A stretch of 55,315 nucleotides of DNA. It comes from a virus. Taxonomy: Duplodnaviria > Caudoviricetes. Made by a program: the position numbers and the translations under genes. Below are positions 1 to 9,488 of the stretch, piece by piece; within the stretch, counting starts at the first letter, position 1, and every line of letters starts with the position of its first letter. The notes under the pieces are model-generated. The model was given only the letters and a program-made list of their open reading frames with translations, was not told where the DNA came from and made no database searches. Location of the stretch: IMG/VR virus record IMGVR_UViG_3300020171_000034, positions 1-55,315 of that record. The stretch is one strand, 5' to 3'.

Positions 1-177
1 GTAGGTGGTGTTGTAGGAACTCAAATTCTTGTTAGAATTGTGTGGAAATATTTAGAGAACAGGAAAAGTAATCCTGGTAATCATTTTGAAGTTTTGATTG
101 AGAAAATATCTGGTCTTGAATCCAGATTAATTGATAAGTTAAACGCCTTACATGATGACATTAGGGGGTTAAAATGA
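1..177 (+). CDS. Small membrane protein, 5'-truncated (copy of 47380-47583)
   Basis: Frame 1 VGGVVGTQILVRIVWKYLEN matches 47380-47583; TGA overlaps endolysin ATG. Confidence 0.8.
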   Translation, partial: VGGVVGTQILVRIVWKYLENRKSNPGNHFEVLIEKISGLESRLIDKLNALHDDIRGLK

Positions 178-482
178 CACTAAGAGAAAAGCAGAGTCTT
201 TTCATGACCCTTATCCCAAAATTGCTTGATGAGATGCATAAAGGGTATCATACAACAGGTGGGGATTTATGGGCAAGAGACGGACATAAAATAAACTCAA
301 ACCATTATGCTCGTCTTGCCATTGATATAAACCTATTTACAAAAGAAGGTGCATATTTAACCAACACAGAAGCACATAAACCTTTTGGGGTGTTTTGGGA
401 ATCCTTACATCCTTTATGTAGATGGGGTGGGGGGTTTGGTGACGGAAATCATTATAGTATAGACAACAATGGGAGGTCATGA
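174..482 (+). CDS. Endolysin, M15-family zinc peptidase (allele A)
   Basis: SNHYARLAIDIN and RWGGGFGDGNHYS motifs; adjacent to holin. Confidence 0.85.
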   Translation: MTLREKQSLFMTLIPKLLDEMHKGYHTTGGDLWARDGHKINSNHYARLAIDINLFTKEGAYLTNTEAHKPFGVFWESLHPLCRWGGGFGDGNHYSIDNNGRS

Positions 483-883
483 TGATATTTGGAATAGATG
501 CAATTATGGCACTTGGTGGATTGGTTCTTCCACCTGTATTTGACTTTGTGAAGAAGAAGTTTATCAAAGGTGAGCAGGATAGTCCTGAAAGAACCATCGG
601 GAGTCTTGCAACCACAAAGCCAGAAGTCCTACCTGCTTACATAGAGGCGCTGGCAAAGTGGACTACTACAAAGACTGGATGGTTTAATAGAGATGTGATT
701 GAGGGTAAGGTGAGTGGTTGGGTTGCAAACTGGAGAGCATCAATCAGACCTGCTCTTGTAACAATGGCAATAGTTCACTGGACGATAGCAATAGTATGGA
801 GTATCTCAATAGAGCCTACTTTGAGAGCAACTGAAATACTTTTGGTTTCTGAATGGTGTGGAGAGAGATTAGTATTAAAGTAA
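479..883 (+). CDS. Putative holin (allele A)
   Basis: Follows endolysin; WRASIRP motif then hydrophobic segments, resembling 3TM holins. Confidence 0.6.
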   Translation: MMIFGIDAIMALGGLVLPPVFDFVKKKFIKGEQDSPERTIGSLATTKPEVLPAYIEALAKWTTTKTGWFNRDVIEGKVSGWVANWRASIRPALVTMAIVHWTIAIVWSISIEPTLRATEILLVSEWCGERLVLK

Positions 884-962
884 AGAAGAGATGAAGTGCT
901 GAATATACTAATAATGGTGAGTAATACGAAGTGAATAGTAAATAACACAAGGAGAACAGACA

Positions 963-1106
963 ATGCAAATAATAGCCAAAAATAAAAATTCCACAATTTC
1001 AGCAAGAATTTTCAGAGCTAAAACAGGCAAATGGGAAAACTTGGGTGTGATTTCCAAAACAAAAAATTCATTAATTAGGAGGATAATTAAATGGCTACAG
1101 TTTTAA
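963..1106 (+). CDS. Small hypothetical protein (47 aa)
   Basis: AGGAG RBS; MQIIAKNK...IFRAKTGKWENLGVIS; below ORF-track cutoff. Confidence 0.55.
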   Translation: MQIIAKNKNSTISARIFRAKTGKWENLGVISKTKNSLIRRIIKWLQF

Positions 1107-1450
1107 CAAGTGCTGGAGAGGGATGGATTGTTGACAAACTGGATGAGACGGTTCAGACAACTGGTGATTATGTTGGTTGGGGAACTGGAGCAGGAACTGC
1201 AGCAAAAGCGGACACCACTTTATTCGTAGAGGCAGCTGAAGCAAGAGTGGTGGCAACCAGAACACAACCTGCAGCAGATAAAATTAGGTGGGTGGCATCT
1301 ATAACTTCTGCGTCTACTCAGACAATCACCAATGCTGGGAATTTTACAGCTGCCACTGTTGGGACTTTGATAATTCATGGAGACTTTACAGGTATTCCAT
1401 TAGCAATTAACGACATAATACAATTCACAATAGATTGTGAAATAACCTAA
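1091..1450 (+). CDS. Putative tail/virion structural protein
   Basis: YVGWGTGAG..DTTL and ITNAGNF motifs; distantly similar to 49670-50143. Confidence 0.6.
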   Translation: MATVLTSAGEGWIVDKLDETVQTTGDYVGWGTGAGTAAKADTTLFVEAAEARVVATRTQPAADKIRWVASITSASTQTITNAGNFTAATVGTLIIHGDFTGIPLAINDIIQFTIDCEIT

Positions 1451-1464
1451 GAGGAGGTATTGAT

Positions 1465-2433
1465 ATGGCTTACCTTCAAGTTACAAACCGAGCAAAGTCA
1501 TCACTGGCTGCATCAATACTGGCTGCAGATACTTCTTTAAGTGTGGCGGCTGGTGGGGGAGCTTTATTCCCTGCTTCTAATTTTGTTGTTACAATAGAAG
1601 ACGAAAGGATTCTGGTTGGCACAAGAACTACAGACGCTTTTACATCCTTAACCAGAGGTTATGATGGAACTTCTGCCGCAGGTCATGCTTCTGGGACTGT
1701 GGTTGAATTAAGAGTTATTGCGGCACATGTTACAGAATTGCAGACTGGGAAGGCAGACCTTGCCTCTCCAACCTTTACTGGCACAGTAACCATCCCAACC
1801 CCATTCACGCTTGGTGCAGTTTCAGTGCTTCCAACTGGGACAGAACTTAATTTTGTTGATGGTGTAACTTCTGCCATTCAGACACAGATTGATGGTAAAC
1901 AAGCATCCGATGCAACCTTAACCAGCATCGCTGGACTTGGCACAGCAGCAGATAAGATGGCTTATACGACTGGTGTTGATACATGGGCGGAGGGAGCTAT
2001 AACAGCAGCAGGCAGGGCTTTAATTGCTGGTGCTAATGCAGCGGCACAGATGGAAACGCTTGGCATTATAAATGCAGTCTATCCTGTCGGCTCAATCTAC
2101 ACTTCAGTTGTCGCTACAAACCCTGGCACACTTTTTGGCATTGGAACTTGGGTTGCATTTGGGGCTGGCAGGGTTATGGTTGGTCTTGATACATTACAGA
2201 CTGAGTTTGACCTTGTTGAGGAAATTGGAGGAACAAAGACTCATACTTTAACTATCGCTGAAATGCCAGCACATACTCATTTAAACGCAAGAAGCGACCT
2301 TAGCTCAACTTCTGGTATCGATTATAATATTCCAGGAGATACTGCTGGTGCTTCTGGATCAACAGGTGGTAGTGGCGCACATAATAACCTTCAACCATAT
2401 ATAGTGGTTTATATGTGGAAAAGGACAGCATAG
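1465..2433 (+). CDS. Tail fibre with gp10-like/collar-type C-terminal domain (allele A)
   Basis: N-terminus shared with 48364-49206; C-terminal YPVGSIY...GRVMVG...HNNLQPYIVVYMWKRTA. Confidence 0.75.
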   Translation: MAYLQVTNRAKSSLAASILAADTSLSVAAGGGALFPASNFVVTIEDERILVGTRTTDAFTSLTRGYDGTSAAGHASGTVVELRVIAAHVTELQTGKADLASPTFTGTVTIPTPFTLGAVSVLPTGTELNFVDGVTSAIQTQIDGKQASDATLTSIAGLGTAADKMAYTTGVDTWAEGAITAAGRALIAGANAAAQMETLGIINAVYPVGSIYTSVVATNPGTLFGIGTWVAFGAGRVMVGLDTLQTEFDLVEEIGGTKTHTLTIAEMPAHTHLNARSDLSSTSGIDYNIPGDTAGASGSTGGSGAHNNLQPYIVVYMWKRTA

Positions 2434-2478
2434 GATAATGTGGATACAATAATTCAGACATTATGGAAGTGAAGTGAA

Positions 2479-2553
2479 ATGTTGACTGGGGTAAATCAAG
2501 ATATTGCTGGGGGAGTTTCATACTCTTGGTTCAATGGTCACATGCTGTTATGA
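2479..2553 (+). pseudogene. Relic 3' end of a C1q-like fibre tip
   Basis: Encodes ...GGVSYSWFNGHMLL*, matching ...INLATFNGHMLL* of 48364-49206. Confidence 0.7.
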
Positions 2554-2590
2554 TGAACGAGATAATTCAGACATTATAGGAGATATTGAG

Positions 2591-2644
2591 ATGAACTTTA
2601 ATGGAAAGAAAAAGGCTTTCGGCATGGCGTTGAGGAGGAAAAAT
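2591..2644 (+). pseudogene. Internally deleted remnant of gene 49244-49555
   Basis: Retains upstream GGAGATATT..GATGAAC start and final GGCATGGCGTTGAGGAGGAAA; middle absent. Confidence 0.7.
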
Positions 2645-2645
2645 C

Positions 2646-3380
2646 GTGTTTGACTCTCCCCGATATGACCAGTTGGCTTATGATGAAACACTCCATCTTT
2701 CTTTTCAAACTCTGACAGTTACAGAGACATCAACCATTTCATTAATCAAGGGTTGTTTCAAAGTTCTGTCAGTAGTAGAAAGTAGTATTATGGGTCTAAT
2801 TAAGGGTTGGTTTAAAACACTGTCAGTTATAGAAATTGGTGTGCCAGCATTTACCAGAAAGATTGGTAAGTTTCTATCAGTAGTGGAGACTTCTGTTGCT
2901 GGTTTTATCAAGAAAATGTTTAAAACACTATCAGTATCACAAACTATCAGTGCAATTTACGACGAGATATTTTATGACAACGAAGTTTATCAGGCAGGTG
3001 GGAATGTTTGTTATGTAAGTATGATGAAGAAACTGAGCAAACCGTTGTCTATATTGGAAAGCAGTGTTATAAATCTGGTTAAAAAGGTGTCTAAGACCTT
3101 CTCACTTATTGCAAATTGTGTGATTGTGATAAGCAAAATTACAACTTTTTATAGAACTATTGCATCAATTGTGGTTTGTGTTCCATCTTTTATAAAACAA
3201 CGAGTCTATTTCGTAGTAATGTCTGTTATTGAAAGTTTTGTTGCTTCACTTTCAAGCCTTTTTTTAGGTATATGGAGTAAACAGAAAGGAGTGTCTGACA
3301 CATGGACAAAGAAGAAAGGTGTTACAGACACATTCAAGTCCCAAACTGATGCAACAGACACATGGAAAGAACAGAAATGA
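2646..3380 (+). CDS. Repeat-containing putative virion protein (allele A)
   Basis: ~19-aa K.LSV.E repeats; N-terminus matches 49556-49657 and C-terminus matches 51433-52782. Confidence 0.65.
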   Translation: MFDSPRYDQLAYDETLHLSFQTLTVTETSTISLIKGCFKVLSVVESSIMGLIKGWFKTLSVIEIGVPAFTRKIGKFLSVVETSVAGFIKKMFKTLSVSQTISAIYDEIFYDNEVYQAGGNVCYVSMMKKLSKPLSILESSVINLVKKVSKTFSLIANCVIVISKITTFYRTIASIVVCVPSFIKQRVYFVVMSVIESFVASLSSLFLGIWSKQKGVSDTWTKKKGVTDTFKSQTDATDTWKEQK

Positions 3381-3389
3381 TAAAAGGAG

Positions 3390-4445
3390 ATGAAACAAAT
3401 GGCTGACCCGTGTCCACTACAAACATTTGATGATTTGAAAAATGGCAGAACCAACAAGGCTTTTACAGGGACTGAACAGACCAAACTTGCTGGAATTGCG
3501 CCTAATGCAAATTATTACACTCTTGAGAACAACGCAGTTACAGGAAAGCATCTTGCCCCAGACGCAATAAGTTCTGAAAACATCATAGATGGAGCTGTGC
3601 TCACAGCTAAAATTAAAGATGCAATGATAACCACTGCAAAGTTTGCACAGGGAATTAAACCTGTGGAGATTGTGAGTTCATTACCTACTGCAGGAACACA
3701 GGGAAGGGTAGTATTTCTTACAACAGATAATAAACTTTATAGAGATACTGGAACAGGATGGTCAGTAGCTGTTCCTACATCAGACATTACAGGTCAAATT
3801 ACTGAAACACAAATTACTGACCTTGCCATTTCCACCCCAAAACTTGCAGCTAATGCAGTAACAGCAGCAAAGATTGCAGCAGGGACAATTACAGCAACTG
3901 AGATTGCAGCAGACACTATAACAGCAGGACAGATAGCTGTAGGTGCTATAGGGGCAAGCGAGATAGCTGCAGGAGCTATTGTAGCAGGGAAGATAGCTGT
4001 GGGTGCAATTACGGCTGCAGGAGCAGAAATAGCAGACTTAACAGTTGGGACTGCAAAGATAGGAGAGTTAGTGGTAACCACACCCAAAATTGCAGATGGT
4101 GCAGTAACTGCTGCTGCAAGTGCTTTTAGTCCAGATGTAATCGTATGCACTTCTGGCAATAAAACTCCTGTGCAAATTGTTACAATAGCATGTGTGGGAG
4201 GAACACCAGTTAAAATAGATGCTGCTTTTTACAAAACTGAAGCTACTTCTGTTGCTTTGGTAACATTACAGAGGGGTGCAAGTCAGATAGCAGATTTTGG
4301 CACAGTTCAGGCAATAGGTAATATCTCGTTTGTAGCAAATGATGTTCCTTCTGCAGGAACTCAGGAATATTCTCTACATATAACACCTACTGGCGATGCG
4401 CAAGTTAAAAAACGTTATTTGTATCTTTTGCACACTAAAAAATGA
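3390..4445 (+). CDS. Tail fibre-like protein with 10-aa (AITAGKIAAG-type) repeats
   Basis: Decapeptide repeats typical of fibre shafts; within tail module. Confidence 0.65.
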   Translation: MKQMADPCPLQTFDDLKNGRTNKAFTGTEQTKLAGIAPNANYYTLENNAVTGKHLAPDAISSENIIDGAVLTAKIKDAMITTAKFAQGIKPVEIVSSLPTAGTQGRVVFLTTDNKLYRDTGTGWSVAVPTSDITGQITETQITDLAISTPKLAANAVTAAKIAAGTITATEIAADTITAGQIAVGAIGASEIAAGAIVAGKIAVGAITAAGAEIADLTVGTAKIGELVVTTPKIADGAVTAAASAFSPDVIVCTSGNKTPVQIVTIACVGGTPVKIDAAFYKTEATSVALVTLQRGASQIADFGTVQAIGNISFVANDVPSAGTQEYSLHITPTGDAQVKKRYLYLLHTKK

Positions 4446-4741
4446 AAAGATTTATTGTTTACAATCAAACGGGTAAGATTTTAAGAACAGGCATGTGTCC
4501 TGATGACATGATAGAGATGCAGGCGAACAAAGATGAATTTGTTATGGAAGGCGAAGCTAATGGTGTGAAACACATAATCAAAGACGGCAAGATTGTTGAG
4601 TATGTGAAAACACCTGAAGATATTGCAAAAGAAGTGAAACAAAAAGATTTACAGGAAAAAGAGAGAAAGATTACTAACAAAATGCAGGAGATATTAAGAA
4701 CCATGGCAATAGCAGAACTCACAAAGGAAGGTGAACTTTAA
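4442..4741 (+). CDS. Hypothetical protein, possible fibre chaperone
   Basis: Coupled to 3390-4445; FIVYNQTGKILRTG start. Confidence 0.5.
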   Translation: MKRFIVYNQTGKILRTGMCPDDMIEMQANKDEFVMEGEANGVKHIIKDGKIVEYVKTPEDIAKEVKQKDLQEKERKITNKMQEILRTMAIAELTKEGEL

Positions 4742-7479
4742 TGATAGGATACACAAGCAAATCTGGCAAGATTGTTGAAACACCACCCAAAAGAGTTCCA
4801 TTTGCTGGTGGGGTAAATAAAGCTGTAGAGAGAGCTTTGCTCACAGGTGGTTTTTCTGACAAGAACAATCTCAGAGATATGCACCCAGGGTTTAAGTCCC
4901 GAATGGGTCAAGCAAGACTTCACACCACAACTGACTCTGCACAGGAAATTTTCTCTGTTTTTCAACAGGTTGACAAGGCAGGAAATCATAATTTCTATGC
5001 CCAGAGGGCTGATGGTGCAGTTTACAAAGCCACAAATGCACCACCAACAGCCACAACAGGCAACTTTGGCACAGAGGTTTTAGCAGTATTGGCAAGCACC
5101 AAAGTGGCATCAGCTTCAATCATAGATGATTATTTAATCTATTCTGATGGAAAGAGAGGACATCAGGTTTATGCAGGAGCAGGACAGATGATTAAAGGTT
5201 TCCACGTTTATAAAGGTTCTGCTACAATTCCAATCATCCCTGAAATTGGAGAAGATTACACCAATGAGGTAACAGACTCAGACACTTCAAGAGTTGCAGT
5301 TCTTAACTCCCTGAACACCCTTGCAGCTTTTAATGCTATTTATGTTTGCACAGAAGTTCCAGCAAACTCCTTAACGATTACAATGGTAAATCTTAACAGT
5401 ATAGCCTCAGTTTTAGCAGGACAGTATTGGAAGTCAGATGGAACATGGGCATCTATGGCTGGTATGTCTGACGGAACATCTGCAACAGGTGGTCTAACAT
5501 TAGGCAAGTCAGGAACAATCACATGGACTCACCCATCTGATGAAATCCCTCACTTTCAGTTTGGCAGAACAGGTTATTGGTATCGTTTCAATGTCTCAGT
5601 CCAGTTGGATGCAACAGTTTCAATAGCACAAGTTGTTTACACTGGAGATTGGAAGCCTATGGAGAATGTTTGGGATGGAGGTTTAGTTCCTATTGCTGAA
5701 GCTCAAACATATAAAGCGTTAAGTTTAAAATACCAATCTTATTCATATAATGCAATAAACATTGCAGGGTTGTTTAATAATGTGAATGATTATGCATACT
5801 TTGGTTCTCTTGAAAAGTTATGTGGAATTTATATTTTTGTTTCTAACACTCCAAATATTATCAAAGCTGTAAGTGTGGGGAGTAGTGATATATCCTTTGT
5901 TGATGGTGGAACTTCTGATGATTACATTTCATGGCAACAGGCACGATTTGATATAGATGGATTTGAACAAGGGCAGTCTATTGTGATAACAGGCACAACA
6001 AGCAACAATGCTACAAGGAAAGCAAAAGTTGTTGCTTATAATAAGATTTATGTTGAAACAGGAACATTGGTGGCAGAAGCAAACACAAGTGCAACATTAA
6101 CTTATGACAACACAGTGGCTAACACAATGACACTTGAATTTTGGAATGGAGCTTCATGGGTAGCAGTGTCTAATTTTAATGATGATTCTACTGTAGCTTC
6201 TAAATCAGGTTTTGTTACGTTTGCCAGAACAACATCAGCTCAAAAGACGCAGTTTAACAAGAGTCCTTTTTATGCATATTGGTATCGGTTTAAATTCAGT
6301 AAACCCGCTTCACGTTTTGCTCAAATATCTATTGAAGGTATGCCTTACTTTGACATAACTAAGTTTGGAAATGGTTTTTGCAATACAACATGGCAGAATA
6401 GACCAGTTTTGAGTTTTGATAAATATGGAAACTATATTTATATTGGAGCATCAGGTAGGGTTAATTGCATAAATGGAATAGACTACATACCTTATAGTGT
6501 GAGTGATGATGGAAGAGCAAACAAGACTCTTGCGATGACTCCATTTGCTCGTAATCTTATTGTGTGGCAGGAAGAAAAAGGAGCTTGGGGAGGTAGCACT
6601 GTCATATTTCGTGGAGATAGTCCAGAGAATTTTGGAAGATGTGTCATCTCAGGAAATATAGGGATTGTAAACTCAAAGGCTTATGTCTCTATGGATGGTG
6701 TTCCTGCATCTCAAGACATTCCTTGTGATACAAATAAGTCCCATACAAAAATAGTCTTTTTCATTTCAAGGAAAGGTGTTTATGCAACAGATGGTGTTGA
6801 TGCAGTGTGTATAAGCAAACCAGTTGGAATATATTTTGACCCAACAGACACAACAAATTGCATTAGAGATGGATACGAAGAAAAGCATTGGATGAAATAT
6901 GATTCAGCTTATAAGTGTTTAAGGGTAGGACTTTGCACTGGCACAAGTGCTACTATAGCAAACACATTCCTTGTTTATAACATTTTAGATGCTGCTTGGG
7001 GAACAGACACACTTGGTCAAGCTATAACTTGCATGACAGAAATTGAAGCAGGAAGTGGAAACATAACTATTCTACAAATGGGTGGAGGGTCGGATGGTTT
7101 TGTTTACCGCATGAATACAGGGTTAAATGATGTTGGAGCTGAAACAGTTCCTGTTAATGCTTTTCTTACACTTGAAATAGGTGGTGGAGGGAAGAAGATA
7201 GATGCAAAGACTTTGCAGATTAGATGTAAAGCACAAGCAACAGGAAGCATTACTCCTTCTGTTGCATTTGATGGAAACACAACATACACAACGGAGACTG
7301 TGAGAAGTATGATTGCTAAGACTGTAGGAGATTCTTATGTTTATAATGACTTTATGATAAATAGAAAGATGGTTGACCATATAAGTATCAAGTTAGCACA
7401 CAACACAGTCAGTGAAGAGCTCTATCTTCTTGATATGGCATTACTTGATGCGGAGGGAAAAAATGTGTTTAAGAGCTAA
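4741..7479 (+). CDS. Tail nozzle / DNA stabilization protein (allele A)
   Basis: 912 aa, beta-rich, FAGGVN near N-terminus, FFISRKGVYA motif; precedes ejection proteins as P22 gp10/T7 gp12-like proteins do. Confidence 0.65.
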   Translation: MIGYTSKSGKIVETPPKRVPFAGGVNKAVERALLTGGFSDKNNLRDMHPGFKSRMGQARLHTTTDSAQEIFSVFQQVDKAGNHNFYAQRADGAVYKATNAPPTATTGNFGTEVLAVLASTKVASASIIDDYLIYSDGKRGHQVYAGAGQMIKGFHVYKGSATIPIIPEIGEDYTNEVTDSDTSRVAVLNSLNTLAAFNAIYVCTEVPANSLTITMVNLNSIASVLAGQYWKSDGTWASMAGMSDGTSATGGLTLGKSGTITWTHPSDEIPHFQFGRTGYWYRFNVSVQLDATVSIAQVVYTGDWKPMENVWDGGLVPIAEAQTYKALSLKYQSYSYNAINIAGLFNNVNDYAYFGSLEKLCGIYIFVSNTPNIIKAVSVGSSDISFVDGGTSDDYISWQQARFDIDGFEQGQSIVITGTTSNNATRKAKVVAYNKIYVETGTLVAEANTSATLTYDNTVANTMTLEFWNGASWVAVSNFNDDSTVASKSGFVTFARTTSAQKTQFNKSPFYAYWYRFKFSKPASRFAQISIEGMPYFDITKFGNGFCNTTWQNRPVLSFDKYGNYIYIGASGRVNCINGIDYIPYSVSDDGRANKTLAMTPFARNLIVWQEEKGAWGGSTVIFRGDSPENFGRCVISGNIGIVNSKAYVSMDGVPASQDIPCDTNKSHTKIVFFISRKGVYATDGVDAVCISKPVGIYFDPTDTTNCIRDGYEEKHWMKYDSAYKCLRVGLCTGTSATIANTFLVYNILDAAWGTDTLGQAITCMTEIEAGSGNITILQMGGGSDGFVYRMNTGLNDVGAETVPVNAFLTLEIGGGGKKIDAKTLQIRCKAQATGSITPSVAFDGNTTYTTETVRSMIAKTVGDSYVYNDFMINRKMVDHISIKLAHNTVSEELYLLDMALLDAEGKNVFKS

Positions 7480-7561
7480 GCTTGTTTGTTCTGTGGCTAT
7501 GAGGAGTTTTTTAAAGAACCAGTGTATAATAAAATACAAGAGTTAAAAGGAGGGATGTGAA

Positions 7562-8470
7562 ATGGCATACAGTTGGAGAGATGAATATAACCCACGCACA
7601 GGAGCGCCAGTGTGGGGTGGTGGTGGCAAAGACGAGTGGGGAGATTACTACACATACTCAAGCAGTGATGCTCCAGGTATAAGGAGTCTTCAATCAGAAT
7701 ATAAAAAACTCATAAGTGAAGGGGGTTTTTTAAAAGATGTAAAAGCTCCAATTTCTCCCACATACGTATCTCCCACATACGTATCTCCTCCTCCATACAC
7801 ACCTTCCACACCAAGTCTCGGTAGGGTAACTTCCCTTGCTGATTTTCTTGGTTCAGGCGAATCTGCAAGATTGTCCAGTGAGCTGAGAAGGGGGGTGTCC
7901 GCAGCAAGAGGCAAAGCATATCCTGAACAAGCTTTCACAACAGGAAAGTTAATTGAAGGATATGGAAGTGCAAGGTCAGATATTGCTTCTAAAGCCTATG
8001 GCACAGCACAACAGATGCATATGGGTGAGGTTAGTGCTGAGAATCTTGCATTACAAAGCAAGTATAACATGGCATTGCAAGAAGCTACAAGTAAGTATAA
8101 CATGGCATTGCAAGAAGCTACAAGCAAGTATGGTAGAGAGTATCAGGATGTGATGAATGTATACGATTTGGAAATGAAAAAAGCTATGCTTACAGAGCAA
8201 AAAGGACAGTCTTTAATGGAGATGATAAATAGAATGATGTTGGCAAAGACTGCGGCAAAAACTGTGGGAGGAAAGTCTTATGCACCATCTCTTGGAACAA
8301 CACAAACCGAAGCTTCACAGTCTTTGAGTGATATGATGGCAGAGTTGGATAAGGTTCTTGGGACAAGTGGAGATACTATATATGGTCAGCCTGGTGGAGG
8401 AATGGGGGAATGGTATCCAGGTGGGGAAGCAGAAACATTTCTTAGAAACGTGAGTAGTGGGGGAGCGTAA
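7562..8470 (+). CDS. Putative internal virion (ejection) protein
   Basis: Gly/Ala/Gln-rich helical protein after nozzle; GGAGG RBS. Confidence 0.55.
   Translation: MAYSWRDEYNPRTGAPVWGGGGKDEWGDYYTYSSSDAPGIRSLQSEYKKLISEGGFLKDVKAPISPTYVSPTYVSPPPYTPSTPSLGRVTSLADFLGSGESARLSSELRRGVSAARGKAYPEQAFTTGKLIEGYGSARSDIASKAYGTAQQMHMGEVSAENLALQSKYNMALQEATSKYNMALQEATSKYGREYQDVMNVYDLEMKKAMLTEQKGQSLMEMINRMMLAKTAAKTVGGKSYAPSLGTTQTEASQSLSDMMAELDKVLGTSGDTIYGQPGGGMGEWYPGGEAETFLRNVSSGGA
7754..7788 (+). repeat. 15-bp in-frame tandem repeat
   Basis: TCTCCCACATACGTA x2 plus partial (SPTYV). Confidence 0.9.
8060..8131 (+). repeat. 33-bp in-frame tandem repeat
   Basis: AAGTATAACATGGCATTGCAAGAAGCTACAAG(T/C) x2 plus partial (KYNMALQEATS). 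Confidence 0.9.
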
Positions 8471-8471
8471 T

Positions 8472-9473
8472 ATGAATTACACATTTCAGAATTTACTTGA
8501 TGTTTACAAATTAAGACAAGCTAATCAAAATGTAAATTCAGGTATGGCTCGTCATCTTCAAGATGCTGTGCAACGACTTGCAATGAAAAAAATTGAAGCA
8601 GAGAGCGATGCTTTGATACAAGCACAGGGGCAGATTTACCAACAGAATGCTCAGCAATCTTTGCGAGATGCTCTTGCTCGTAAGTGGCAGAGAAAGATTG
8701 AAGGGGGAGCAAATGTGATGAGAAAGACTGGTGTTTCTCCTGAAGGTGTTGAACAGTGGACAGGTGCATGGCAAGAAGGTGCAACAGCTGAACCTTATGA
8801 ATATGAAGGAAAGATGCGTGTGCCAAAAACTCGTGCTGAAGAGTTAGCTGAAGTTCCTGATGAAGCACGGTGGGCTTATGAGGAATATATGGGAATCCCA
8901 CCAACATTTGGTCAAGAAGAACGAAAGATAAGAGCAACTGCAGGAATACTGAGGGAAACAAAGGAAGAGACAAGAAGGCACAATGTTGAAGTTGAAAAGC
9001 AGAAGGCTGAAGAGCTTGGGTATAGAAAGGAAGAACTTGGATATAAACGCACAGAACTGAAGGAAAAAGAGTCAAGGAAAATGAAAGCACAAATCTTCAA
9101 CATAGGAATGAAACAAACAGATGACTTTGAGAAGGCAATGGAAAAGGCTAAAGCTTCATTAGACCCAGAAAAGGGTCAGGATGATGCCCTTCAAGGTTAC
9201 TTGAACCAAATGCAAGCTCTTATAAATTTTGCGAAGACAGAATATGGATTTGAAGGGATTGAAAATGAAGACATCTTCGCTGAGTATTTTGCAAACTATG
9301 AAAAGAACAAAACAGGAAGGTGGGTAGAAAAGGACAAGGGTGCAGGAGTTTCTGGTGTTGAGGCAGGGAAGAAATACACCAAAGAAGACATAAAACGCTG
9401 GGCAATCCGCAACAGACAGGATGTAAAAGAAGCATGGAAACGTGCATCAGACGCAGGAATTTTAGAGGAGTAA
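8472..9473 (+). CDS. Putative internal virion (ejection) protein
   Basis: Coiled-coil-rich; lies between nozzle and giant protein; ATG start chosen over GTG at 8457. Confidence 0.55.
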   Translation: MNYTFQNLLDVYKLRQANQNVNSGMARHLQDAVQRLAMKKIEAESDALIQAQGQIYQQNAQQSLRDALARKWQRKIEGGANVMRKTGVSPEGVEQWTGAWQEGATAEPYEYEGKMRVPKTRAEELAEVPDEARWAYEEYMGIPPTFGQEERKIRATAGILRETKEETRRHNVEVEKQKAEELGYRKEELGYKRTELKEKESRKMKAQIFNIGMKQTDDFEKAMEKAKASLDPEKGQDDALQGYLNQMQALINFAKTEYGFEGIENEDIFAEYFANYEKNKTGRWVEKDKGAGVSGVEAGKKYTKEDIKRWAIRNRQDVKEAWKRASDAGILEE

Positions 9474-9488
9474 CCCAAAGGAGAAAGA

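Larger units (their letters stand above)
1..485 (+). repeat. Direct repeat, copy A (pairs with 47407-47886)
   Basis: 1-105 identical to 47407-47511, first mismatch at 106; high identity continues through the endolysin gene. Confidence 0.95.

Noticed and set aside
1-105. True direct terminal repeat of the virion DNA
   Set aside because: Starts mid-gene and grades into diverged homology; better explained by circular permutation or an assembly branch point
775-1005. Hydrophobic antisense ORF as antiholin
   Set aside because: Opposes the + strand operon and overlaps two genes; hydrophobicity follows from the A-rich + strand
1-7479. Invertase-driven tail shufflon
   Set aside because: Modules are in direct orientation 47 kb apart; no serine or tyrosine recombinase recognised
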